The translations under genes were made by a program, and so were the position numbers. DNA of 63,215 nt, the filler included, from Conidiobolus incongruus B7586 (lineage: Eukaryota), in NCBI GenBank assembly GCA_000697335.1. It is 6 parts of 6 records of this genome, joined end to end, with 100 filler letters (N's around TTAATTAATTAA, not from the genome) between each part and the next. Parts side by side here need not be neighbours in the genome. Positions count along the whole stretch, not along the records: positions 1 to 14,237 come from JNEM01007295.1; positions 14,338 to 33,820 come from JNEM01007297.1; 4 more parts are not named here. One strand, written 5' to 3'. Shown piece by piece: positions 13,268 to 25,900 of the stretch (position 1 is the first letter of the stretch; each line of letters starts with the position of its first letter). The notes below the pieces were generated by a model that had not been told where the DNA came from, ran no database searches, and was given only the letters and a program-made list of their open reading frames with translations.

Positions 13268-14237
13268 ATGACTAATCCCTCTGAACGTTTCCTTTTCACT
13301 TCTGAATCCGTTGGTGAAGGTCATCCTGGTATGTATAATCAAAACTAAACTGGTAATAATTGCAATAATTAATAATTATTTTAGATAAAATCTGTGATCA
13401 AGTCTCTGATGCCATTTTGGATGCTTGCTTAGCTCAAGATCCTTTCTCCAAAGTTGCCTGTGAAACTGCCGCCAAGACCGGTATGATCATGGTTTTTGGT
13501 GAAATCTCCACCAACGCCGTCATTGACTACCAAAAGGTCATCCGTGACACCATCAAAGAAATTGGTTATGACCATTCTGATAAAGGCTTCGACTACAAGA
13601 CCTGTAACGTCTTAGTCGCCATTGAACAACAATCCCGTGAAATTGCCCAAGGTTTAGTCCAAGTTTCTGACAAGTTAGAAGATATTGGTGCTGGTGATCA
13701 AGGTATTATGTTCGGTTATGCTACCGACGAAACCCCTGAACTTATGCCCCTCACTGTTGTTCTCTCTCACAAACTCAATGCTAAGATGAGCGAACTTCGT
13801 CGCTCTGGTGAATTGGGTTGGTTACGTCCCGACTCTAAGACCCAAGTTACTGTTGAATACGAAAACGTCAACGGTCACCTCAATCCCCTCCGTGTTGACA
13901 CCATTGTTATCTCCACTCAACACTCTGAAGAGGTCAGCAATGAAGAAATCCGCAAGCAACTCAAAGAAAAGGTCATTGATGCCGTCATCCCCGCTCACCT
14001 CCTCAACGACCAAACTGTCTACCATCTCCAACCCTCTGGCCGCTTCGTCATTGGTGGTCCTCAAGGTGATGCTGGTGTCACTGGTCGTAAGATCATCGTC
14101 GATACTTACGGTGGTTGGGGTGCCCACGGTGGTGGTGCTTTCTCTGGTAAGGACTGGTCCAAGGTCGACCGTTCTGCCGCTTACACTGCCAGATGGATCG
14201 CTAAGTCCCTCGTCCACGCCAAGCTTGCTAAGCGTGC
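13268..14237 (+). CDS. SAM2: S-adenosylmethionine synthetase (3' end lost in assembly gap)
   Basis: Exon 1 13268-13328 ([20 protein letters not shown]), intron 13329-13384, then [13 protein letters not shown]. Motifs [27 protein letters not shown] and GGGAFSGKD. Strongly biased codon usage. Confidence 0.98.
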
Positions 14238-14337
14238 NNNNNNNNNNNNNNNNNNNNNNNNNNNNNNNNNNNNNNNNNNNNTTAATTAATTAANNNNNNN
14301 NNNNNNNNNNNNNNNNNNNNNNNNNNNNNNNNNNNNN
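14238..14337. other. Artificial contig spacer (44N-TTAATTAATTAA-44N)
   Basis: The same 100-nt six-frame-stop spacer occurs five times in the window. Confidence 0.97.
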
Positions 14338-14959
14338 GATTATAAGATTTATATTATTTTTTGAATTAAATTATTTTTATTCAATATTTTTATTATAATT
14401 AAAATATTCTTATTATTATATATAATATTATTTAATATATTTTTGTAAATTAAAAAATTATTATATCTAATATATTTATTAAACAATAATTAATATTTTT
14501 TAATTATTTTAAGTATTCTTTAAATATACATAATAAAAATTCTTGCGAATAAAATAAAATAATATACAAAATAGTAAATTTAGTTTTTAAAACAAAAGAA
14601 CCATTTTTAAGCTTAAGGAGCTTATTAGTAATATATTAAAAAGTTATTATTAATCAAAGGCTATTAATTTTATAATATATATTATATTAATAAATCATAG
14701 ATTAAAATTTTTTTAATTTAATTTCAAAAAAATCTTATTATATAGAGTTTAAAATAAGAATGGACAAAGTAAAAATATAAAATTCAAAATAAAAATAAAT
14801 TAAATAATTAAAGCTACAAAAATATAGATCAAAGGGAAAATATCAATGGTTATTACAATTGAATCAAAAAGAAAATAATATTTACTAATGAAGACAATAT
14901 GTTCATTTAAATTAATATAATCAATAAAGGCAAGTATGATATTATAAAAATATCAATTC

Positions 14960-16341
14960 ATTATATTGAATTTATAAGCTTAATATTAAAAGAATTTAGA
15001 TAATTGAAGAAGCATATTAATGCTAATAATTACTAAACAAAATGAAATTCAAATGGGTAATGGAAATAACTACTCCAAAGGTAACTATAAATAACGCCAG
15101 CTAAAGGTGGAGTAATGGATCGGGACACGCCTCCCAAAGTTTGACTTATACCATTGAGCATTCCTAAGTTACCTTCACCTTCAGCAGAATCGACTAATAA
15201 AATATTAAATCTTGTCACAGCTAATGTATTAGAAGCAGCTCTGAGCATAAGTAATATTAGTAAAAAAGCCCGCATTAACAGAGAGTCTCCATTTTTGGTA
15301 ATATTAACCATTGGAATTAGAAAATATACAACAATGTAAATAAGAAAAATATTTCTATATAATTTGAAAGTTCCTAGCCATTGCTGCAACTTGGGATAAG
15401 TAGTCAATTTAACTAGTAAAATGGTAGCACTAGTAACAGAGAGTTCTTTGGCAATATCCTGTCTCGAGAATTTCAATCCTCCATTTGGGATGGGGGTAGC
15501 GGATCATAATACAATTAATTCATTGAACGTGACGAATGATAAAGATAAGAGCGTAAAACCGATCATTACAATTTTGCTCTCATATGATTTGGAATTACCA
15601 TTCAATGCCAATGAATGGATACTGGAATTGGAAGATAATAACTTAATCAAGGTTTTTGTATCGGCTCCAGATATTCGGATCGATTGCTGACGTTTGAAAT
15701 TTTACCGAAATACAATAGACAAAGAGAACATTGAATATATTTAGGACCCTAGCATATAAACATGGTAAAAAGTGCGGATAGGTAATCCAAAATGTACTAT
15801 TTCCGAACCAACTAGGAAATTGTTCAAATGGATAGGCAAGGAATCCAGCAATAATAAAACTTACGATATTTCCCAAAGCAATCATCATTGAAAGGCAAGA
15901 GAATGCTACCGCTCGGTTGGATTTATCAGTCATATCACCAACCATGGTTCTAATGACACCAACATTTCATTCAGAATACCACTCAAACTACGAGTGAGAA
16001 TTGCCCAGATGAGTGATTTGCTGTGGGCAAATAATACTAAACTTAAACCGGATTCTATCAATCCAATTGTAACAACTGGCTTTCTATCAACTCTGTCTGA
16101 TACGCTGCCCCAGAATATACTAGTACAAGTTTGAGTGATTGCAAAGCGGTAAGCTATAGTATCTACTTAGAAACCAATTTTCGGTTCTTTGTCCGTGATA
16201 TTGAAATCTCGGACCATTAGTAAAATGTATAACTGGGGTTGTGGTAATGGAATTACCCTTTGATATAGAGGCTTGAAATTTGAGCTAACAGAGCAGTAAT
16301 CTTAATGATTGATGTTGCGTTGGACTCAGCGTTGTCATCAT
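14960..16341 (-). pseudogene. MFS transporter pseudogene (paralog of 18527-19972)
   Basis: Colinear fragments MVGDMTDKSNRAVAFS and NILLVDSAEGEGNLGMLNGISQTL match the intact copy; frameshifts and stops are present. 3' boundary approximate. Confidence 0.9.
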
Positions 16342-18526
16342 CTAATTAAAATTCTGATATTATCCTTTCTTAAGGGCTGACAATTATAAAAATTTAAATT
16401 TTGGACTAATCAGCCTTTTTTATATTGAATTTATTCACTCAAATTCGATTTCTAATATGCAGTTTAAGTCCGATTCATTGCCTATCAATTTCTCAGCACT
16501 GAGAAGTTATCATTCGGGGATCATCTATGCTGATATATAATAAGGGATTAAACTCGCCAAGCTGAGAACTGGATAGCCGCCTACAGCTCAATGGAATAAC
16601 CGCCGATACCCTATCTCTCATTTAACTTGAGCAAAATTTTTCTAAGAATGCATTCAATAACCCAAAATTTTCAATTTGAAATGGTCTGCACCTTGTTTGT
16701 TCTTAGTAGAGTTCCCCAAAAACTTCACTAATATTATGTCCCATTTCCTAATTTGTAAGGGTGTTATAAAAATTAGATTTTTTAGTTTAATCATATTTTA
16801 GTATTAGATTGACTGTTTTTTTAATCTAATCATCCAGAATTCATTTTGTTAATTACAATTTTCACATTAAATATGCAATAATGAGGATCAAAGGATAAAA
16901 TCGTAAATTAAAACAGAATGAATTACAATAAATGAAACAATCAATAAACAAAATTTTAAGATTTTTTTAATTTGGGATTAATTTAAAATCAATAGTATAG
17001 GGCTCTTTATTTAACATGTTATCAATTCAATATATCACGTACTATTTAATATTTAAATTAATATATAAAATTTAAAACTATTATTAAAATAATATTATGA
17101 TTTATAATAATACCTATATATATTATATTACTTCTAGTATATAAATAATAATATTATCATTATTTTAGTAATATTATTAATTTTTTTAAAATCATTTTGT
17201 AATATTAAAGAAAATTTGAACCATTAAGTCAAAAATTTTGAAAATAAAAAAATTCACAGGATTATTAAAAATGAAATAATGAAAAATTTTCATTCTATAT
17301 ATTAGATATATCTAATATTCTAATATTAATAAACTTAAATCATTAATGAAGGTCAATTTTTGAAATATTTTTAATTTATTTTTAATATTACCAATTCCAA
17401 ACTTTTATCAATTGTTTAAACATACTGAAATCAAGGAAATATATTTCAAATAGTATGTAATTAGTTTTTTGGAAAACCTGTAAAAAATCAGAGAATTAAT
17501 TATTAATAAATTAACCTGATGGTAACGATATTGTACTTAGAATATTTTATTATTCTATTAACATTAATTATATTTAATTAATAGATTTTCCTCTTTGACC
17601 ACTTGTACTGTACATTTCTGAATTTAATTGATAAATTTATTTCAGATCTTATCAATAAATGAATTTAACCTTTATATCTGATACCTACTTTCGACTAATA
17701 GATTCATATGAAGTAATACTGAAATTAGATGAAATATATATTAAATCGAATTAAATGTAGATTTAATTAAATAAAAATAATTAAAATCAGGCTCAATTAA
17801 AAGAGTGAAGATAATAGAGTTCATTTGAAGTGAAACATTGTTAGTAAATCAATTATAAATGTATTGATCAAAAATATATTTCAGTGATATAAAAATTCAT
17901 TTTGTCAACCACAAATCAGTTCAGGAGGTCAAATATAGGTGTCATATTTTACAGAATATTTTGATATTTTCCCTAAGAATAGTATTTGTGTAATATCAAT
18001 CATATATTTGAATTTTCGCGGTAAACCTCAAGATGTAAATATGTCTGTTGCCGTTATCCCACGTTTTAGAAAAACCGATCACATAATATATAAAGTAGAT
18101 GAAAAATGAGTTGAATAAATTAATTAAATGAATAAAGCTCCCAATAAGATTTAACTTAAACTAAATATATATTGCTTTGGGCTATATTTTTTTTGAATAA
18201 TAATTTCACTATAGTATAAAAAATAAAATCCATATCAAGCATTATTATATCACTTATTGAGTAATACATCATTGATATTGTTAAGTTGTTATATTTTTTT
18301 CATTTGACCAATATTTTGAAATTTTTCTATCAACTCTATAATAGTATTTTTGGATTTAAAATGTAATTTTATGACTTGGGTATTGCAGATAATTTGAATT
18401 ATATACTATATCAATATCAGAATATACATTGATAAAAATAATATTTCATAATAATATCGGCAAAACTAAAAAATTCATAGCTTTTTAAAGCTAATATCAA
18501 TTAGTAATCTCTAAAATTGGCATTAT

Positions 18527-19972
18527 TTAACGGATATGACGAAATTTAAAAGAGTACAAGTAGTTAGAGATGCATAAAATTGCTAAAATATACCACACTA
18601 AATGATAGTCAAAAGGATATGGTAGTTGATTACTTAACGAATAGCTATAAATTGCACCGCTGAGAGCTGGAGCAAAGGATTTACAAACTCCGTTTAGGGT
18701 GCGACTCAAACCGTAAAGCATGCCCAAATTGCCCTTGTCGATTGCGGACTCAACGAGTAGAATATTGACACTTGTATTACCCAAAATATTGCAAGCTGCT
18801 CGGATTATGATCAAGATGACTAAACTAACCCACACTATTATGAAGTTGCCCTGTTTAGCGATAAGATTGATCACTGGGAACAAAATGCATACGATCGTAT
18901 AAACAGGGAAAACTGATCGATATAGTTTCAAAGTGCCTAGCCGTTGATGTAATGGGGCATAAATTACTAATTGAACAAATAAAATTGATAGTCCCGTGGT
19001 TGATAACGTTTTGGCGACGTCTTTATGTTTGAAACTTAATCCTCCTTGAGGAATATCGGTTGCTGTCCAGAGTACAATTAATTGGTTGAATATTATTGAA
19101 CAGAGCGTCAACCGAGCAAACCCTATCATTACCATTCGACTATCATTAGATATATAAGAACTAAAACGATTTTGTAGTAATGGTGGCGCAATAGAGTCTG
19201 AAGATATAGTATTATTTATAGAGCTTTCCGAATCAGATTCACTTCTAGAGGCTGGTTTATGCTTTAAAGTCTCATCCAAGTAATAAAAAGTAAACAACAA
19301 AATTAATATATCAACACTTCCTGCAAACAAGCATGGTAAAAAGTAAGGATACTTGGTCCAAAATGCACTATTACCAAACCAACTAGGGAACTGGACAGCT
19401 GGCCTAGCGAGGAACCCGGCAATGAGAGGACCAGCAATATTTCCTAGTCCTTTCATAATAGGAAGATAGCTGAAAGCTTTAGGTCGATTCGATTTATCCG
19501 TCATTTCCCCCACCATAGTTTTCACGACACTTACATTTCCATTGAAGATTCCGTGTAAACTACGGGCTAAAATCGCCCAGATAAGAGATTTACTAAGACC
19601 GAATAATATTAAACTAATGCTGGATCCAATTAATCCAAATATTAGAACAGGTTTTCTACCAATCCTGTCTGATAGAGTACCCCACAAAATGCTAGTACAG
19701 GTTTCAGCAATTGCAAAACAAGATGCTAAAGTACCTACATAGTAACCAATTTCGGAATCATTTTCCGTAATGTTGAAATCTTTCACCATAAAGTAAATGA
19801 ATGATGATATTATGCTAAGGGACAGGGGCGAGGATAATCGAACGAAAAGAAGGATATAGAGTTTAAGTTTTGGTAAGGGTGTCGGAAAAGGTTTTTGATC
19901 AATAACGTTTGATTCATTACTTACCAGTGGTGTAGTTTCTAAAAACTGTTGATTTTGAGCTTCAACAGTCAT
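18527..19972 (-). CDS. MFS transporter (ZIFL/Ycr023c-like drug:H+ antiporter family), 481 aa
   Basis: Intact ORF with ~12 hydrophobic segments; motif A WGTLSDRIGRKPVL; GIFNGNVSVVKTMVGEMTD; FWTKYPYFLPC. Confidence 0.93.
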   Translation of the reverse strand: MTVEAQNQQFLETTPLVSNESNVIDQKPFPTPLPKLKLYILLFVRLSSPLSLSIISSFIYFMVKDFNITENDSEIGYYVGTLASCFAIAETCTSILWGTLSDRIGRKPVLIFGLIGSSISLILFGLSKSLIWAILARSLHGIFNGNVSVVKTMVGEMTDKSNRPKAFSYLPIMKGLGNIAGPLIAGFLARPAVQFPSWFGNSAFWTKYPYFLPCLFAGSVDILILLFTFYYLDETLKHKPASRSESDSESSINNTISSDSIAPPLLQNRFSSYISNDSRMVMIGFARLTLCSIIFNQLIVLWTATDIPQGGLSFKHKDVAKTLSTTGLSILFVQLVIYAPLHQRLGTLKLYRSVFPVYTIVCILFPVINLIAKQGNFIIVWVSLVILIIIRAACNILGNTSVNILLVESAIDKGNLGMLYGLSRTLNGVCKSFAPALSGAIYSYSLSNQLPYPFDYHLVWYILAILCISNYLYSFKFRHIR

Positions 19973-21582
19973 TTTTATTATTATATTTTATTATGAAATT
20001 AAATTAAATTAATGTGGTAATTTTTAAGAAGTTGTAATTTATAAAAAATAAGAGGAAGAATCCCTACAACCAATTTATACCTATTTTCATCTCCTCAAAA
20101 TGTTACCATTATACATAATTAGTGGCCATTGTTTTTGAATCAATTGGAAATACTACCGCATTGGGGCTATTTAAACTAGATTTTGGAATACAAATTAACT
20201 TTCTATAGTTCTTTACAAATTTTTTCACCAAAATGTGATATATAAATATATTACACTTCACCACTTTCTTGCAGAGTATATTCTTGTGATTTCAAACATA
20301 TTAACAAATTTAATAGATTTTTATCATCTGTTACAATCATGCTACCAATTCTATCCTGCATTTTGATTTGTTAAATGATGAACATGGCGTTATAATTTCT
20401 TGGTAAAATCTTAATTGTTGGATTATAAAATTTAATAGTGATTCACGTGTATGAGGTGGAATGCTTTGTATAAAATTTTGATAGTTTTGGATGTTGATAA
20501 AAATCTATTAGATAAAATTGAGTACAAATATAATTATCAGAATTTTCAAATAATATAATATTATACTAAGCTTTGGTAAATATAATTTTGATTTTAAATT
20601 GATTGAAACAAATTATCTGTTTAATGAATTAAATATTAATCAATATATTGACAAATTGAATCTATTTACCATGAAAATAATTTTTAATACTCCCATCTAA
20701 CATAGGAATTGTATCGTTATTGAATCGTTCTCTATTTTTCAATTTGGTTTACGTCCAAATTATCAATACTATCTTCATGTCTTATACAATATTTATAAGG
20801 TTTATCATCTAATTTGTGAGTAATATCAGACTTGTAATCTGTATTCCTAGTCATAACTCAAGTAATTGTATCAAATTATTTCCAGTATTAATTGATTTGT
20901 TTAAATCCTGAGCTTGAATATTGATATAAAAGGCAATCACCGCCAAAACTAATTTTAAAGTGATATTAATAGCCAATATTTTATTTTACTTGGGGTTAAT
21001 CAATATATTAATAAATTTTTAAATATTTATCTAAATATCAGAATTTATGCTTGTTAGAGTTGCTTTTGTATATTAGGTAAACTCGAATTTGCCAATATTC
21101 ATATTGGTTATAAAGTTTGTGTATATCATTGGCTTTGCATAATAAATTACATAAAATAGCGATATACATTTTTGAATGTAAAAATAGATGTCATATTTTA
21201 TATATGAATTTTTGTTCATGTGAGTTAAATATCACTGAAATTGATCAGATAATTTATTATTGAATCATTAATGTGTTAAATTTTGACTCTCAAATTTTAT
21301 AGAATGCGATATTATATTATATTAAGTTTAAATTGTAATGAGATTATTTGTACTTATATCAAGATTTAAGAAATCAAAATTATATTTATATTAGAAATAT
21401 TAACCGAAGATTGACTTAATGAATAATTTGTGAATATAATTCATTTTAATGTTTAAATCAAAATATTTGAATAATAAATAAGATTGTTATTTGAAAACAT
21501 AAAATAATATGAATTAATCAATATTATAAAATAATTCATATGGAATTGTATTAAAAAGAATGGTAAAAAGAGATATCAAAAA

Positions 21583-21664
21583 CGACAGCTACAGGATTTG
21601 AACCTGTGCGGGCGGAGCCCATCAGATTTCAAGTCTGACTCCTTAACCACTCGGACAAACTGTC
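21583..21664 (-). tRNA. tRNA-Ser(TGA)
   Basis: Reverse complement GACAGTTTGTCCGAGTGGTTAAGGAGTCAGACTTGAAATCTGATGGGCTCCGCCCGCACAGGTTCAAATCCTGTAGCTGTCG; long variable arm, anticodon TGA. Confidence 0.96.
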
Positions 21665-21968
21665 TCAAAATTATTGTAATATAACTAATTTGTCAATATT
21701 CAGTTCAGTCAATATTTATTATTGTATTTATTAATCAATATGTATTCATAATCGCCAATATAATCATTTTTCAATGAATATTTTATTGACAGATAGTGAT
21801 TATTCCATTGGATTTTATAAATCCCATCCAGTTTAAATTGTACCTGATTTTAAAATTTTAAAAAATTTGCCAACTGAATAAACAAATGAAATTTGAATTA
21901 CTTGTGTAACAAAGTTATAAATGAGGATTAATTTTATTATAATTATTTATTAAATATTAATAGTAAGA

Positions 21969-22700
21969 TTAAAAATAATTACCCTTATCGTCGTAATTGG
22001 AGCATAACTTCTTCAACTCGTTCTTGAATTTCAAGGGATCTTCAATCTGGTTGAAGTATGTCGTGGGGAATTTGGTCACTTCGGTATCGTTGAGGGAGAT
22101 GTATTTGGAGGCACATTGTGTGCACATTCTTTGGGGGTTGCGCACGGGATTGCCGCTAATTTCAGCATTCAGGATTTTCGCAGCAGATTGCTGGAGTTCT
22201 TGAATGCAGTAGGAGTCGGAGTTGGGTGATTTCTGACATGCTAGTTGTACCAATTTGGAATCTGTCCACTGATGATACGCTGTATTGGTAGCATTTTGGT
22301 AGGATTGGGATGGAGATTCAGTACCACTGGTAGGGACTGAACATTCCGAGGGTTGGGAGAAGCAAGATGAAACAATTTCGCGATTCATTTGGATCAGTAC
22401 TTCCATGCAGTTCGGCTTACAACCGGTGTAAGTCGTGTCGAAGAATAATGAGCCTTTGGGGAAGCAGTCCCGAATCGATTCGTTACCAATTGCTTCGTTC
22501 ACGCGTTTCAGAGTGGACTGACATTGTTCAGATGGGTTCTTAATATCCGATCCAAATTTGTCATCCTTGGGGGTTGGATAGGATCCCTTGTCATTCGTGG
22601 GATAATCACCAATAGAATAGCTGTATTTATTAGGATAATAATAAGGACTAATCTGTGCTGTCAAAGCACCCATTAATCCTAACAACTGAATTAACATCAT
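21969..22700 (-). CDS. Secreted Cys-rich protein, 243 aa
   Basis: Signal-like N-terminus MMLIQLLGLMGALTAQ. About 11 Cys, including CKPNC, ACQK...SYC and CTQC. No intron needed. Confidence 0.85.
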   Translation of the reverse strand: MMLIQLLGLMGALTAQISPYYYPNKYSYSIGDYPTNDKGSYPTPKDDKFGSDIKNPSEQCQSTLKRVNEAIGNESIRDCFPKGSLFFDTTYTGCKPNCMEVLIQMNREIVSSCFSQPSECSVPTSGTESPSQSYQNATNTAYHQWTDSKLVQLACQKSPNSDSYCIQELQQSAAKILNAEISGNPVRNPQRMCTQCASKYISLNDTEVTKFPTTYFNQIEDPLKFKNELKKLCSNYDDKGNYF

Positions 22701-23177
22701 TAAAGCAAATTCAGCTCACAAAAAATTGAAGAATATTAATTAAAAGTATTATTTTAAAGAGAGAAACAAATAACAATCGTGATTGAGAAGTATATGCTGT
22801 GTATTTATAATTTTTAAATTTTCAGAACCATTTGATTTAAGTAGCACAAATTTCGCCTACTAATAAAAATTTATGTTATTTAGGATCCATTCTCAATTTG
22901 ATTTGTCAATAGAGAAATTTCAAGGATTTTCAGCTGCTAATAATGGATGAAAAGCATATTAAATTACAGTCAATTAAAAATACATTAATATTGACATCAA
23001 TAAATGATCAATAACTAGAGTATACAGTAGAATTGATAGATAATTAAACCTAACATCTTATTTATAACCAAGAGATCGATATTAAAATAAATGAATATTC
23101 AGGGAATTGTGTCAGAGAATAAATAAACAATTTGAATTTATTTATTGTTAAATTATGATAATAATTATGGTAGTTAT

Positions 23178-23961
<784 letters not shown>

Positions 23962-24062
23962 TTTCAATACACTCACAATATACAATTTAAATTTAACGCA
24001 ATTATTTGTTTAAAAATTATGGGATATTTTCAAATTATATAATTAATTGAATTCAAAGATGT

Positions 24063-25006
24063 TTATTTGTCTGCCACTGTTGCCAAATCTCTTATCAACT
24101 CTTCAAAAATTATATCAGCTTGACTAGAAAGTTCTGAAATTCAAAATTGAAAAATTTTTAACACTAGCTGTATGGTTATTGATAAACTGGTTTAATGACG
24201 TATGGATACGAATATGAGGTTGATTAAATCTAACTTGAGTTTTAAATCCTATTAAAGTGTTAATGCAATGATAAATAATTGCTTATATATGATTAGCCTA
24301 CAACACCATAGACAAATCCCGATTTTCCCTTCAATTCTACAAACTCATCAATCGATTGAAATTCTTTTAATTTCATTTTAATTTCTTCATTCGTTATCAA
24401 TAAGTCGTCAAAGAACAAATAATTTTTGCTTATGCCAATAGTTGGAATATCACAGAGAATTCCCAAGTGACTGGCTAGACCCATTTTCATGGGATGATAA
24501 ATGCCGTTGCCGTCCACAAAGATTACTTGGGGGATCAGGTGAGGTGCATTGGCTTTTAATGTGTCTATTAGATGTTTGAGGGGTTCCACCTCACGGAATG
24601 CTAAAAATTCACTGATGTATGGTTGCTGGAGTTGGATCTAGGCATATGCTTTGTGAATGACCTAGTTATGAAGATATATTAAATATATTAAATATGCTAG
24701 TATTGTGTATTACTTTTAATTCAGGATAATTTAATATAACTAAATTTGCATAAGCCAATTGAGTATCAGTTGGATGAAAGCTCAGATCTACACCGCCTAT
24801 CAATTTTAAATTTTTAAACTCATTATCTTCAGTATTAAATTCAAAATTTAATTCATTATCATTTAAAATTAATTTCTTTTGTAACTGTGTTTGCTCCCTG
24901 TCATATGATAAGTTAAAATATATTATTCAGTATTTGATTTATGTTGCTGTTTCCATTTGGTTTTTAATTTTGTACGTTGGAAATTAATTGATCCTTTTCA
25001 TTTCAT
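24063..25006 (-). pseudogene. ENDOV: Endonuclease V pseudogene
   Basis: Motifs IGGVDLSF, PYISEFLAFRE, VDGNGIYHP..MGLASHLG and PTIGISK. In-frame stops TAG 24638-40, TAA 24192-94 and TGA 24141-43; damaged 5' exon and donor. Confidence 0.88.
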
Positions 25007-25145
25007 ATAATTATAGCTATTGTTAAGTTCAGATTATTATTGAATATAAATCTGAGATTAGTGATTAAATATGGTATTATTGCCAAATGGAAAAGATTGA
25101 TTTACAAATAAAATTTATTTGATTGAATTTAAATACATATTGATG

Positions 25146-25900
25146 TTAGCGTTGGTAAAGACTAGATTCCAAAAAACTTTTAGAAATTTCAATATTTTTA
25201 AATTGATTGAATTCTTTGTTAATGGGCGTTGAATGATTGGTTAATATCAAGTACAACTTGTGAATGTAGCTCTTCAACTTGTAAATCACGTCAATTTCGT
25301 TGTCCACGTGGATATAGGGCTCTAAATGGCGTACTATATGACTCTTACCTTCAACTGAGTTGCAGAATAGAATTTTGCGAGTGTCAAGTTGGTGCTTCTG
25401 AACGAGTTCAGAATGGTTTAAAAGGTTAAGAATTTGGTCTTGTTCAATTTGGGATTTGACTTGGGCTATGAAGTAGACATCGTACCTTTCGCAAAGCTGG
25501 GTAAGTGCTGGTACCACAGATTCTACAAATGCGAAATTGGGTACTTTCGGGTCTGGAGAAGGATTCCATAAAATTACCTAAACAAAGCAATTAGTTTTAA
25601 TTTATGATGTTATAATTAATTAATTACTTTATTTAAAGAAATAGTACATTTCCTCTTAATTTTAGGTTTTATTTGTTTGGTTTGTGTAGCCTAAATACAA
25701 ATTAGCATTAATCACCGATAGTTATATGCCTATTTTAAATTATAAAATACCTCTTTCAGTTGTAAAGTGAACACCCTAGACCAAATAACTTTACCAAATC
25801 TTAAAAGTCCAATTAAAATCAAAATACCAAATAAAATACTATATTTTTGGGTTTTTAATTTGTTTTTTAAATTATTATAATAGTTTAATATAAAATTCAT
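25146..25900 (-). CDS. PEX22: Peroxin Pex22, plant-like type, 3 exons
   Basis: N-terminal TM segment (YSILFGILILIGLL), then KRKCTISLNK|VILWNPSP...YDVYFIAQV...KILFCNSVEGKSHIVRHLEPYIHVD. This resembles the plant PEX22 signature KVLFCST..GR.SFVRQLEP.WHID. Confidence 0.78.

Noticed and set aside
14282..14293. Recurring palindrome TTAATTAATTAA
   Set aside because: Always centred in exactly 44+44 Ns; a six-frame-stop assembly spacer, not biology.
17580..17720. Possible very decayed P450 3' end (ttgaccact... similarity to 29805-29900)
   Set aside because: Similarity too short to support by eye.
24638..24640. In-frame TAG in ENDOV as readthrough, recoding or A-to-I restorative editing
   Set aside because: Additional TAA and TGA stops and lost conserved residues show decay. 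NAT10 and PEX22-region genes use standard stops (NAT10 ends in TAG), so no code change is indicated.
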